A DNA stretch of 33,151 nt, from NCBI GenBank assembly GCA_044866005.1, contig JBIOTN010000159.1, positions 1-33,151 on the forward strand, given 5' to 3'. The position numbers and the translations under genes were made by a program. The notes below the pieces were generated by a model. The model saw only the letters and a list, made by a program, of their open reading frames with translations, was not told the DNA's origin and did no database searches. The stretch is from Candidatus Rokuibacteriota bacterium. Lineage in GTDB: Bacteria > Methylomirabilota > Methylomirabilia > Rokubacteriales > DASRDR01. This document shows positions 1 through 8,360 of the stretch, piece by piece; position 1 is the first letter of the stretch; each line of letters starts with the position of its first letter.

Positions 1-48
1 CCTCTCCTGGGTTCTGCCTGGCCGTTAGGGACTGATCACCACCGCCAG

Positions 49-142
49 CTCACCGCCGCGTCGTTCGAGCGCCGGCTTCGCCGGCGGCAATCCCGCCCTT
101 TCCTGGGGAGGAATCGGAGGGGGCCGCCGAGGCCCCCTCCGA
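49..142. repeat. REP-like intergenic palindromic element with two hairpins; may also act as terminator for the response regulator
   Basis: Perfect 12-bp stem tcggagggggcc (114-125) / ggccccctccga (131-142) with a 5-nt loop, plus cgccggc-ttc-gccggcg (70-86). Lies just downstream of the stop at 150. Left boundary approximate. Confidence 0.6.
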
Positions 143-149
143 GAGGCTC

Positions 150-1517
150 TCAGGCCGGGCGCTTCTGCGGAATCCCGTGCTTCCGCATCTTCGAGTAGAG
201 CGTCGGGCGATGGAGGCCCAGCAGCGCCGCGGCGGCCTGCTTGTTCCAGTTGGTGCTCTCCAGCGCCTGGAGGATCGCCTGGCGCTCCCGCTCTTCCAGG
301 TTCAGGGTCGCCGGCGTCACGGGCTCCAGCTTCGCCGTCGAGGTCTCGGCCTGGCGGCCGCGCGTCACGACCTCGGGGAGGTCGGCGAGCATGATCTCCT
401 CCCCGCGGGCCACCAGGATGGCGCGCTCGATGGCGTGCTCCAGCTCGCGGACGTTGCCCGGCCAGGAGTAGCCCAGCAGCGCCTGGTAGGCGTCGGAGGA
501 GATCGCCTTGATCTGCTTGCCGTGCTTCTCGCTGAAGCGCCGGAGGAAGTGGTCGGCGAGGAGCGCGAAGTCCTCCGGCCGCTCGCGGATCGGGGGGATC
601 CGGACCGTGACGGTGTTGATCCGGTAGTAGAGGTCCTCGCGGAGCTTCAGCTCGCGCACCGCCGCCTCGGGGTCCCGGTTGGTGGAGCAGAGGAGGCGGA
701 AGTCCACCTCGATGTCGCGCGAGGTGCCGAGCCGGCGGAACTTGCGCTCTTCGAGCACGCGGAGGAGCTTCGCCTGGAGGTCCGGCGGCATCTCCGCGAT
801 CTCGTCGAGGAGCAGGGAGCCGCGGTGCGCTTCCTCGAACAGCCCGGGCTTGTCCGTGGTGGCGCCCGTGAAGGCGCCCTTGGCGTAGCCGAAGAGCTCG
901 GACTCGATGAGGTCCTTGGGGAGCGCCGCGCAGTTGATCTTGATGAACGGTCCGTCGGCCCGGGGGCTCGCGTAGTGGATGGCGTTCGCCACCAGCTCCT
1001 TGCCGGTCCCCGACTCGCCCACGATGAGCACGTTGGCGTCCACCGAGGCGACCGTGTCGAGCAGCTCGAAGACCTTCTGCATCGCGCCGGAGCGGCCGAC
1101 GATGTTGCCGTAGCCCGTCCGGCCGGCGAGGTTCTCGAGCATGCGCTTGCGCTCGAGCGCATTGGCCACGACGGTGAGGATCTTCTCCGGCGTCATGTCG
1201 TGGGGTTTCTCGAGGAAGTCGTAGGCGCCGGCTTCCCGGGCCTGGAACCCCTTCGACCCCGACCCGTGCGCGGTGATCACCACCGTCAGGAGTCCGGGCC
1301 GTCGGGCCCGGAGCTTCTTCAGGAGGTCCAGCCCGTCCATGTCGGGCAGCACGAGATCCACGAACGCCAGGTCCCAGTCCGCCCGCTCGACTTCCGCCAG
1401 CGCGCGGTTCGCCGACCCGGCCGTCCGGACGGCGTACCCTTCCTCCTGTAACGCCACCCGAAACGAGTCCGCGACAGACTCTTCGTCGTCTACGACCAGG
1501 ATCCGTCCCTCAGGCAT
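150..1517 (-). CDS. Sigma-54-dependent response regulator (NtrC/AtoC family; REC-AAA+-Fis HTH)
   Basis: REC domain (ILVVDDE, DLAFVDLVLPDMDG), Walker A GESGTGKE, GAFTGA loop, LLLDEI Walker B, WPGNVREL, C-terminal NWNKQAAAALLGLHRPTLYSK HTH. Confidence 0.96.
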   Translation of the reverse strand: MPEGRILVVDDEESVADSFRVALQEEGYAVRTAGSANRALAEVERADWDLAFVDLVLPDMDGLDLLKKLRARRPGLLTVVITAHGSGSKGFQAREAGAYDFLEKPHDMTPEKILTVVANALERKRMLENLAGRTGYGNIVGRSGAMQKVFELLDTVASVDANVLIVGESGTGKELVANAIHYASPRADGPFIKINCAALPKDLIESELFGYAKGAFTGATTDKPGLFEEAHRGSLLLDEIAEMPPDLQAKLLRVLEERKFRRLGTSRDIEVDFRLLCSTNRDPEAAVRELKLREDLYYRINTVTVRIPPIRERPEDFALLADHFLRRFSEKHGKQIKAISSDAYQALLGYSWPGNVRELEHAIERAILVARGEEIMLADLPEVVTRGRQAETSTAKLEPVTPATLNLEERERQAILQALESTNWNKQAAAALLGLHRPTLYSKMRKHGIPQKRPA

Positions 1518-2595
1518 GGTTCTCCGCCCGTTTGCCCGCCGGCAGGACGACCCGGACGGTCGTCCCCTGCCCCGCCTGGCTCTGCACGTCCATTCGTCCC
1601 CCGTGTTTCTCGATGACCTCGTGGGCGATGGCCATCCCCAGCCCGGTCCCCTCCTTCGTGGTCACGAACGGCTCGAACAGCCGCGCCCGTACCTCCTCCG
1701 GTATCCCGGGGCCGGAGTCCCGAATGGTGAGCTCCACCTCGGGCCCGCGCTCCCGCGGCGGGCGCGGCGCGATGCCGATCGTCAGTCGTCCGCCGCCCGG
1801 CATGGCCTCGATCGCGTTGTCCAGGAGCGCGGAGATGGCGCGGCCGAGCGCCTGCGAGTCGCCGGACACCGTCACCGACCCGTCGCCACCGTGCCGGGCG
1901 ACGTGGATCGCAGCCGAGCGCAGGCGCTCCTGGGCGTTCGTCAGGCAGCGGTCCACGACCTGTCCCAGGACGACCGCCGTGGGCTCGAAGGGCCCCGTCG
2001 GCGCGAGCTCCGTCGTCTCGCCGACCACGGCCGAGAGGTGATCCACCGCGCGCGCGACCTTTTCCACGAGCTCCGCGCTGCTGGCGCGGCCGTCCCGCTG
2101 CTGCCGCTCGAGCAGCAGGGTGTAGAGCTTGAGCGCCCCGAGCGGGTTCTTCAGCTCGTGCGCGAGATGGTGGGTCAACCGCCGGAGCCCGGCGAGCGCG
2201 GCGGCACGCCGCTCCCTCGCCTCGGTGGCCCGAAGGGCGGTGAGGTCCACGATCGACAGGATCACGCCCTCGGTGCTCTCCCCGCGCCGGAGCGGCGTCC
2301 GCCGCACGACGAGGCTTCGTGGCTCGTCGTCGATCAGGAGCCGAACCTCCTCGATCCCGCTGCCCCCCGGCGCGGCCAGCGCCTCGCTCGCCGCGCGGGC
2401 GAGCGCCGGCCATGCCTCGAGCACTCCCGCCACGTCACGGCCCTCCGGGTCACCCGAGAGGCGAAGCGTCTCCCGCGCCGACCGGTTGGCGAACAGCACG
2501 CGCCCCGCCCGATCGAGGGCGAGCAGACCGTAGCCCGCATCGATCACGAGACGTTCGTCGAGCGCTTGCGGACGATTCTGCGACTGATCGGCCAT
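1510..2595 (-). CDS. Cytoplasmic PAS-domain sensor histidine kinase
   Basis: H-box AHELKNPL, N-box LLDNAIEA, G1 DSGPGIP, FEPFVTTK-GTGLG; PAS-like N-terminus, no TM segment. ATG at 2595 chosen for the upstream GAGGTG RBS (ORF track starts 2673). Overlaps the regulator start. Confidence 0.92.
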   Translation of the reverse strand: MADQSQNRPQALDERLVIDAGYGLLALDRAGRVLFANRSARETLRLSGDPEGRDVAGVLEAWPALARAASEALAAPGGSGIEEVRLLIDDEPRSLVVRRTPLRRGESTEGVILSIVDLTALRATEARERRAAALAGLRRLTHHLAHELKNPLGALKLYTLLLERQQRDGRASSAELVEKVARAVDHLSAVVGETTELAPTGPFEPTAVVLGQVVDRCLTNAQERLRSAAIHVARHGGDGSVTVSGDSQALGRAISALLDNAIEAMPGGGRLTIGIAPRPPRERGPEVELTIRDSGPGIPEEVRARLFEPFVTTKEGTGLGMAIAHEVIEKHGGRMDVQSQAGQGTTVRVVLPAGKRAENHA

Positions 2596-2785
2596 CGGCC
2601 CGATCACCTCACCCGCGGGACCGACAGCCCGACCCGGTGCCGAGCCCACGATGGCCCCTAGGGCTCGTCCCATACGGAGGCCCCCGACGCGGCTCTGGTG
2701 TTGGCCTAGAGGAAACCTCTCCCTGTTCGAAGCCTAACATACTCTCCGAGGCGAGAACAGCGGGCCCCGTCCGCTCGATGACGCC

Positions 2786-4420
2786 TCAGCGCGCCTCGGG
2801 CCGGGGCGCCGGCGGGGGCGCCGGGGCCGGGGCGCGACGGCCGAAACCCAGGGGGCCGAGCAGGTCGATCACGCCCTTGAAGAGGCCCCGGGGGACCGGC
2901 GCGTAGGAGGGATCGCGGGCCGTCCCCCCGATCTTGACCCCGTAGGCCGTGCGGCCGGTCTCCACGTTCATGGTGAAGTCGAGCCGGGTGTCCGTGAGCC
3001 CGTACGTCCCCTGGCCCGTCACGCGGATGCGCCGGCTCGTGAGCTGGAGGTCGTCGATCCGCAAGCGCTCGCCGCCGACCGCGCCGTGGGCCGCCAGGGC
3101 GTTGAACTCGAGCGGCGACGCGAAGAGGGAGACCGGCACGTCGAGGTTGACCACCGAGTAGAGGGCGGTGCCGACCCGGGCGAGCGCCGAGATCAGGGTC
3201 AGGGCCGCGGGGCCGACGATCCGCCCGGGCCCCACCCGGACCTGCCAGGCGCCGCGCGCGGAGCGGAGGAGGTCGTCCCCGGTGCCGGCGAAGGCGAACT
3301 CGCCCGCCGCGTCGAGGCGCCCGGCCACGGCGTAGGCCTGGCAGAGGAAGTCCACCAGCACGGACTCGGCCGCGACGCCCTCGACGCGCACGGCCGAGAG
3401 CTCGACGCGCGGCACGCCGGCGCGCCAGGTGAGCGCGGCCTCGCCGCGCACGGCGCCGCCCGCGACCCGCGCCGCGAAGGGCTGCACGGTGAGGGTCGGC
3501 CCGCCGATCCGGACGGGGATCTCCACGGCCTCGAGGACGAGCCGGCGGGGCCCGGGCGAGGCGCAGCCCGCCGGCCGATGCGTCAGGGTGAGCCGCGAGA
3601 AGGCGAGCCGCCCGCCGCCCGCGAGCCGCCCGAGCGGCCCCTCGGCGCGGAGCGTGCCCTCGCCGACGCCGGACACGCCGAACGGCGCCTCGGGGCGCGG
3701 CGGCGTCTCGGTCGCCACGAAGCGCGCCAGAAGCCGGGTGGGCAAGGCGCCGAGGTCGGCGCCGGCCGCGGCCAGCGGGCCCACGCCGCCTTCCAGCGCG
3801 AGCCGGATGCCGCCCCCGGGCAATCGCGCTTCGACCTGGAACTTGATCGGCTCGTTCCAGCCGAGGTCGTCCAGCGAGACCTCGATGCCGTCCACGAGCT
3901 GGGCCAGGACGGGCCGCCCCGCGTCACCGGGGACGCGCACCTCGACCGAGCCCTCGCGGAGCCGGACCCGCGAGACGAGGACGAAGGGCGCCGCGGGGCT
4001 GGGCTTTCGCGCGGCCGGCGCGGGGAGGTTCCAGACGCCGTCGCGCCGCTGCTCGACGACGACGCGCGGGCGGGCGAAGGTGATCTCGCCGAACTGGAGC
4101 CGCCCGCGCAGCAGCGGGAGCAGGCGCACGCGGACACGGGCCTCTTCCACGGCGAGCAGCGGGTCCGGGCCGAAGCCCTCGGGGTTCGCGACGACGAGCC
4201 GCGTCACGCGGATCGCGGGCAGCGGCCAGTAGCTGAGCGAGACGCGCTCGAAGCGGACCGGGCGGTCGAGGAGGCGACTGGCCTCGGACCGGAGCAGCGC
4301 CTGGACGCCGGCGCGGTCGACGACCCAGGGAAGGACGAGCAGGGCGGCCAGGCCGAGGGCGAGGCCGAGCGCGGCGGCGGCGACGAGGGTCGCGGCCAGG
4401 GGGCGGCGGAGGCGGGTCAC
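2786..4420 (-). CDS. AsmA family protein
   Basis: N-terminal TM anchor, AsmA-type N-terminus (ASRLLDRPVRFERV...LLPLLRGRLQFGEITFARPRVVVEQRRDGVWNL) and beta-rich AsmA_2-like C-terminus (VTGQGTYGL...KIGGTARDPSY). Start is GTG 4420 or GTG 4483 (GTGA overlap); the ORF-track extension beyond that is shadow. Confidence 0.8.
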   Translation of the reverse strand: MTRLRRPLAATLVAAAALGLALGLAALLVLPWVVDRAGVQALLRSEASRLLDRPVRFERVSLSYWPLPAIRVTRLVVANPEGFGPDPLLAVEEARVRVRLLPLLRGRLQFGEITFARPRVVVEQRRDGVWNLPAPAARKPSPAAPFVLVSRVRLREGSVEVRVPGDAGRPVLAQLVDGIEVSLDDLGWNEPIKFQVEARLPGGGIRLALEGGVGPLAAAGADLGALPTRLLARFVATETPPRPEAPFGVSGVGEGTLRAEGPLGRLAGGGRLAFSRLTLTHRPAGCASPGPRRLVLEAVEIPVRIGGPTLTVQPFAARVAGGAVRGEAALTWRAGVPRVELSAVRVEGVAAESVLVDFLCQAYAVAGRLDAAGEFAFAGTGDDLLRSARGAWQVRVGPGRIVGPAALTLISALARVGTALYSVVNLDVPVSLFASPLEFNALAAHGAVGGERLRIDDLQLTSRRIRVTGQGTYGLTDTRLDFTMNVETGRTAYGVKIGGTARDPSYAPVPRGLFKGVIDLLGPLGFGRRAPAPAPPPAPRPEAR

Positions 4421-4479
4421 GGGCAGCCGCGCGGCCCCGGCAGCACGACGCACCCCGTCGGGCCGAGCCGCGGCGGGCC

Positions 4480-5061
4480 TCACCGCATCTTCGAGAGGTC
4501 GATCGCCGCGCGGAGCACCTCGGTGCGCTCGACGGAGTGCTGTACCACGAGCGTGACGGTGCCCGCGGGCGGGATCCCCTCGAGCGGGAACACGTAGATG
4601 TTGCGCGCGGCGAAGCGCCCGTCGTCGAGCCGGAGCGGCGTCCGCTCGTTCTGCGCGAACGTGGCCTTCACCTCGCGGTCCTGGACCCGGAGCACCGGCT
4701 TGAACCACCGGGCGAATTCCCGCCTCGTCCCCTGCATCGTGACGAAGAGCTGGAGCTTCCCCTTGCCGCGCTCGATCTGCTCGTTCCGCTGCTTCTCCGT
4801 GAGGGGCTCCCCCTTGAGGGCGGCCTGCCGGGCCGCGTAGGCGAGCCGCGAGAACGGCGTCGTCACCACGATCTCCCCGCCGTCGGGGAGCGGGACGCGC
4901 CACTCCTCCCCGAACTCTTCCTGCGCGACGCTCTGCTCGCCCGTCTCGAGCGCCTGCCGGACGTCCTCGGGGGAGAGCGCGGGGATGAGCGCGACGGCCG
5001 GCGACGGGAGGAGCAGGAGCGCGAGCGCGGCTCCCAGGTGCGCCGCCCGCCCGGCCCTCAC
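4480..5061 (-). CDS. Hypothetical exported protein (193 aa)
   Basis: GTG at 5061 overlaps the TGA of the dioxygenase, with GGGAGG upstream; signal-peptide-like LGAALALLLLPSPAVA followed by normal globular composition. Confidence 0.75.
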   Translation of the reverse strand: MRAGRAAHLGAALALLLLPSPAVALIPALSPEDVRQALETGEQSVAQEEFGEEWRVPLPDGGEIVVTTPFSRLAYAARQAALKGEPLTEKQRNEQIERGKGKLQLFVTMQGTRREFARWFKPVLRVQDREVKATFAQNERTPLRLDDGRFAARNIYVFPLEGIPPAGTVTLVVQHSVERTEVLRAAIDLSKMR

Positions 5062-6497
5062 GATGGAGCGGCCTCCCGTCTGGCGGCGTCGAACGTCGCG
5101 TGGAACCCGATGTGGATCGGCTCCCGCAGGCGCAGCGTGGCGACGGGCCCGCGGCCCACGTCGAAGGCGTCGAAGACGGCGAACGCGCTCCTGGCGTGGA
5201 CGGCGTCGAAGAGCTGGCAGATGAGGACGCCCGAGCTCTCGTCGCCCGGGTCGCCCACGAAGACGGGCTCGCAGCCGAGGTAGTGACCGGGCGGAGCCTG
5301 GTACACGCCGCGGAGTTTGCCGTCGGCCCAGTCCACGTGGACGAGCTGGTCCATGAACTTTCGGCCCGGCTTGCCGGCCGCCGAGATGCCGAGCATCCAG
5401 CCGTCCCGGTACGGGCGGCCCACGCGCCGCCGGTCCATGGCGGGGAAGTCCGGCGCCAGGCGATAGTCGATCTCGTGGCGCGCCACGACCGCGGAGGCCC
5501 CGGCGTCCAGCACGAAGCGCACGGGCCGACCCTCGCTCACGGTCGTGAACAGGTCGGGAAGCACCTGGTACTGGTCGTAGAGCGGCCGATCGTACTCGAT
5601 GACGTCGACGGTGACGGCACCGTCTTCCTCGAACGCGTTGACGAGATGCAGGCAGTACCGGGCGCCGACGGGAATCGAAGCCGCCACGGTGCCGCGCTCC
5701 CGCGACACGAGGAGCAGGTGGCTGCCCCGGGCGGGCTGCCAGCTCAGCGACTCCATGACGGTGCGACCGTCCCGAAGCAGTGCCTCGACGTCCATGATGT
5801 ACGGGCTGACATGGAAGATCGCGTAGGTCGGGCTCAAGGCGAAGTCGTGGACCGGGGTCGCGTACTCGAGCGGCAGCCGGCGCCGCGAGAGCAGGCCGCC
5901 GCCGCGGTCGAAGCGGTAGAGGTGCAGGCGTGGCTGGTTCGCCGCGAAGGTGATGCCGAAGTTGCACATCTCGCCGCCGGGGCCGTCGAACTTGGGGTGG
6001 GCGCTGAACGGCGTCAGGGCCGTGAGCACCCCGCCGAGATCGCACTCGCCGCGGGTCTCCAGCGTGTCCGGGTCGAGCTCCCAGGGCAGTCCCTGCTCGC
6101 CCAGGGCCAGGAGCGTCCCGTTATAGGGGTACACGCTCACGTTGACGGGCGACTCCAGGACGACGCCTTCCCTCAGCCGGTCCGAGTCGAAGCGGGTTCC
6201 GAAGGCCCGGTAGACCGGGCGCCCGGCCGCCTCCTCGGTGACGAGCCTCGTGCTCCTGACGAGGCGGCCCGTGAACCGGACGCTCTCGCGGTCGAAGCGC
6301 AGGGCACAGACCATCCCGTCCCCGTCGAGCCAGTGCCGATACCGGAATGCCCCGCGGGCGAACCGCGCCGGACCGTTCATGTAGTAGGTGCCGCGGAGGA
6401 AGGCGGGGACGGCGCCCTCCACCGCCTCGACGACGTAGGACTGGTCGCGCGGCTCGGTGGAGAAGGCCCGCTCCAGGAACGGCGCGTGATCGTCCAT
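5058..6497 (-). CDS. Carotenoid oxygenase / lignostilbene dioxygenase family (RPE65-like) non-heme iron enzyme
   Basis: LRGTYYMNGP, HWLDGDGMV, ELDPDTLET; four iron-ligand His in FSAHPK, VHDFAL, LHLVNAFE, GFHATF; CEPVFV. ATG at 6497 (MDDHAP...). Confidence 0.92.
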   Translation of the reverse strand: MDDHAPFLERAFSTEPRDQSYVVEAVEGAVPAFLRGTYYMNGPARFARGAFRYRHWLDGDGMVCALRFDRESVRFTGRLVRSTRLVTEEAAGRPVYRAFGTRFDSDRLREGVVLESPVNVSVYPYNGTLLALGEQGLPWELDPDTLETRGECDLGGVLTALTPFSAHPKFDGPGGEMCNFGITFAANQPRLHLYRFDRGGGLLSRRRLPLEYATPVHDFALSPTYAIFHVSPYIMDVEALLRDGRTVMESLSWQPARGSHLLLVSRERGTVAASIPVGARYCLHLVNAFEEDGAVTVDVIEYDRPLYDQYQVLPDLFTTVSEGRPVRFVLDAGASAVVARHEIDYRLAPDFPAMDRRRVGRPYRDGWMLGISAAGKPGRKFMDQLVHVDWADGKLRGVYQAPPGHYLGCEPVFVGDPGDESSGVLICQLFDAVHARSAFAVFDAFDVGRGPVATLRLREPIHIGFHATFDAARREAAPS

Positions 6498-6511
6498 GGC
6501 GGTGGAAGACC

Positions 6512-8269
6512 TCAGGCAGGCGCCGGCGACGCCGCCGGGGGCCGGACGGCGACCGTCCGGAACCGGTCGAGCACGTGCGGGTCGAACGACCAGGGGTAGG
6601 CGTCGGGCGAACCGGCCGAGCGATCGTACCGGCTCCGCATCTCTGCGGGGTCGAAGCTGAACTGGCTCACGTCGATCGCCTCGACGAACGCTCGGTTCGT
6701 GACGACACGCTCGTCGTCCAGCACGACCGAGCTCACGTAGGCGACGATGAATCGGGCCAGTTCCCGGAGACTCCCGAGCTGCGCGTCGAGGACCCCTACC
6801 GCCTCGTCCACCGAGAGGCCCACGCGGTAGAACGTGCCTTCCGCCCTGCGGACCGGCTCGATCTCCATGAAGTCGTTGAACAGCGGCGCGTCCGGGTCTT
6901 TCCGCTCCGTCTTCTTCCAGTGATAGTAGCGGCTCACGAACGCTTGCATGTTCCGATTGATTCGACCGAGCCGGGCGAACCGGGCGAGAAAGGTTGTGAC
7001 GAACCCCCGCTCCGTGAACAGGTCGTTGATGAACGGAAAGACGTAGAAGGCGAAGTAGATGGCGAGCTCCCAGGCATACTTCAGGGTCATCGTCTCCTGG
7101 TCGCCCAGCGCGTCGTAGCCCACGGCGTAGCTCGGGACGTACGCTTCGTACAAAGCCTTCATGAGCGGCTCGTAGAGCTCGACCTTGTCGGCGAGCTCGT
7201 CCCGGTCGGCCGTCAGGATGGCATCTGTGATGAGCGTGTTGTACAGCGCGATGATGTCGCCGCCCGGGCTGTACAGCGGGTCCGTGAAGCGTCCGGCTTC
7301 TCCCGACAGCGCCCAGCGCCGCTCGCTGATCGTCTGCGCGCAGTCGTAGGAGAAGTCCTTGAAGGAGGCGTGGTGAAGGATCTTCCGATGCGGCAAATCC
7401 CTCGCGAAGAGGGGAAACTCCTCGCAGATCCACTCCACCAGCTTCTCCGGACTCGTCACCCGCTCGCGGGGGAGCTTCGCGTTGTCGTACACCAGGCCCA
7501 GGCTCGTCTTGCCCTGCAACGGGATCACCCAGAACCAGAAGCCCTCCCCCATGAAATGGTTCGTCGCCAGCCACATGGGGAGATGCCCGATCATGGCCCG
7601 GTCTCGCTTCAGGCGGATCTCGCGCGGCGAGAGGTCGGTCAGCTTCTCGACGTTGAGGAGCCCTTCGACCCAGAGGAACGACGCGCCGTGACGGATCGGG
7701 TTGGGCCGCGTGAGGTTCCAGCGTCGGGCGAGGTACCGGCCGCGTCCCGAGGTATCCACGACCCAGGCGGTCTTCACCGAGAGCTCACCGTCGCCAGTTC
7801 TGAAGTCCACCGAGTGGAGGCTGTCCTCGGCGAGGGAGACGGCCAGGTCGCTGGCCGAGGCGCAGAAGTCGAAATTCGGGCTCTGCCGGTTGAGCCGCAG
7901 GAGCTCGCCCTCGATCCTGTTGCGGTCGAGCTGGTAGCTCGCGATGTTGCTGAACGGCCGGATGTAGGACTGGCTGTAGTCCTCGAGACGAGAGTTGTCC
8001 CGCCCGGGCGTCTTCCAGTAAAAGCGCAGGTTGTACTTCATGAAGTGCTCTCGAAGCAGGTGCTCCTCCAGATCGAGGACCTTCGAGATGTAATAGCCGC
8101 TCACCTGGACTGTGGCTTCGCCGACCTTCTGCTCAGGAGGCGGGATCTCGGCCTGTCTGTCGACGAGCAGGATCGTCTTGTCCGACGCGAGCAGCACCTG
8201 CCGCGCCAGCGACAGCCCGGCGATGCCGGCGCCGATGATCACGACGTCGTAGCGTCTCTCAGCGGCCAT
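6512..8269 (-). CDS. Flavin-dependent halogenase family protein
   Basis: GAGIAG FAD motif, KVGEA, candidate catalytic Lys in HFMKYNLRFYW, WFWVIP (WxWxIP), FTDPLYSPG (FxxPxxSxG). ATG at 8269 with GGGAG RBS. Confidence 0.85.
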   Translation of the reverse strand: MAAERRYDVVIIGAGIAGLSLARQVLLASDKTILLVDRQAEIPPPEQKVGEATVQVSGYYISKVLDLEEHLLREHFMKYNLRFYWKTPGRDNSRLEDYSQSYIRPFSNIASYQLDRNRIEGELLRLNRQSPNFDFCASASDLAVSLAEDSLHSVDFRTGDGELSVKTAWVVDTSGRGRYLARRWNLTRPNPIRHGASFLWVEGLLNVEKLTDLSPREIRLKRDRAMIGHLPMWLATNHFMGEGFWFWVIPLQGKTSLGLVYDNAKLPRERVTSPEKLVEWICEEFPLFARDLPHRKILHHASFKDFSYDCAQTISERRWALSGEAGRFTDPLYSPGGDIIALYNTLITDAILTADRDELADKVELYEPLMKALYEAYVPSYAVGYDALGDQETMTLKYAWELAIYFAFYVFPFINDLFTERGFVTTFLARFARLGRINRNMQAFVSRYYHWKKTERKDPDAPLFNDFMEIEPVRRAEGTFYRVGLSVDEAVGVLDAQLGSLRELARFIVAYVSSVVLDDERVVTNRAFVEAIDVSQFSFDPAEMRSRYDRSAGSPDAYPWSFDPHVLDRFRTVAVRPPAASPAPA

Positions 8270-8332
8270 GTTCGGGCTCCCCCTGGCCCCGGCATCCCGC
8301 GCCTCGCACGACGAGCGGGTCGACCGCCGGTA

Positions 8333-8341
8333 AAGATAGCA
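8333..8341 (-). promoter_or_regulatory. Putative extended -10 promoter (TGcTATCTT) for halogenase-dioxygenase
   Basis: Minus strand reads gtgctatcttta in the 91-bp gap upstream of the halogenase; matches TGnTAnnnT. Confidence 0.4.
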
Positions 8342-8360
8342 CGGCGCTCGCCGATTGTCC

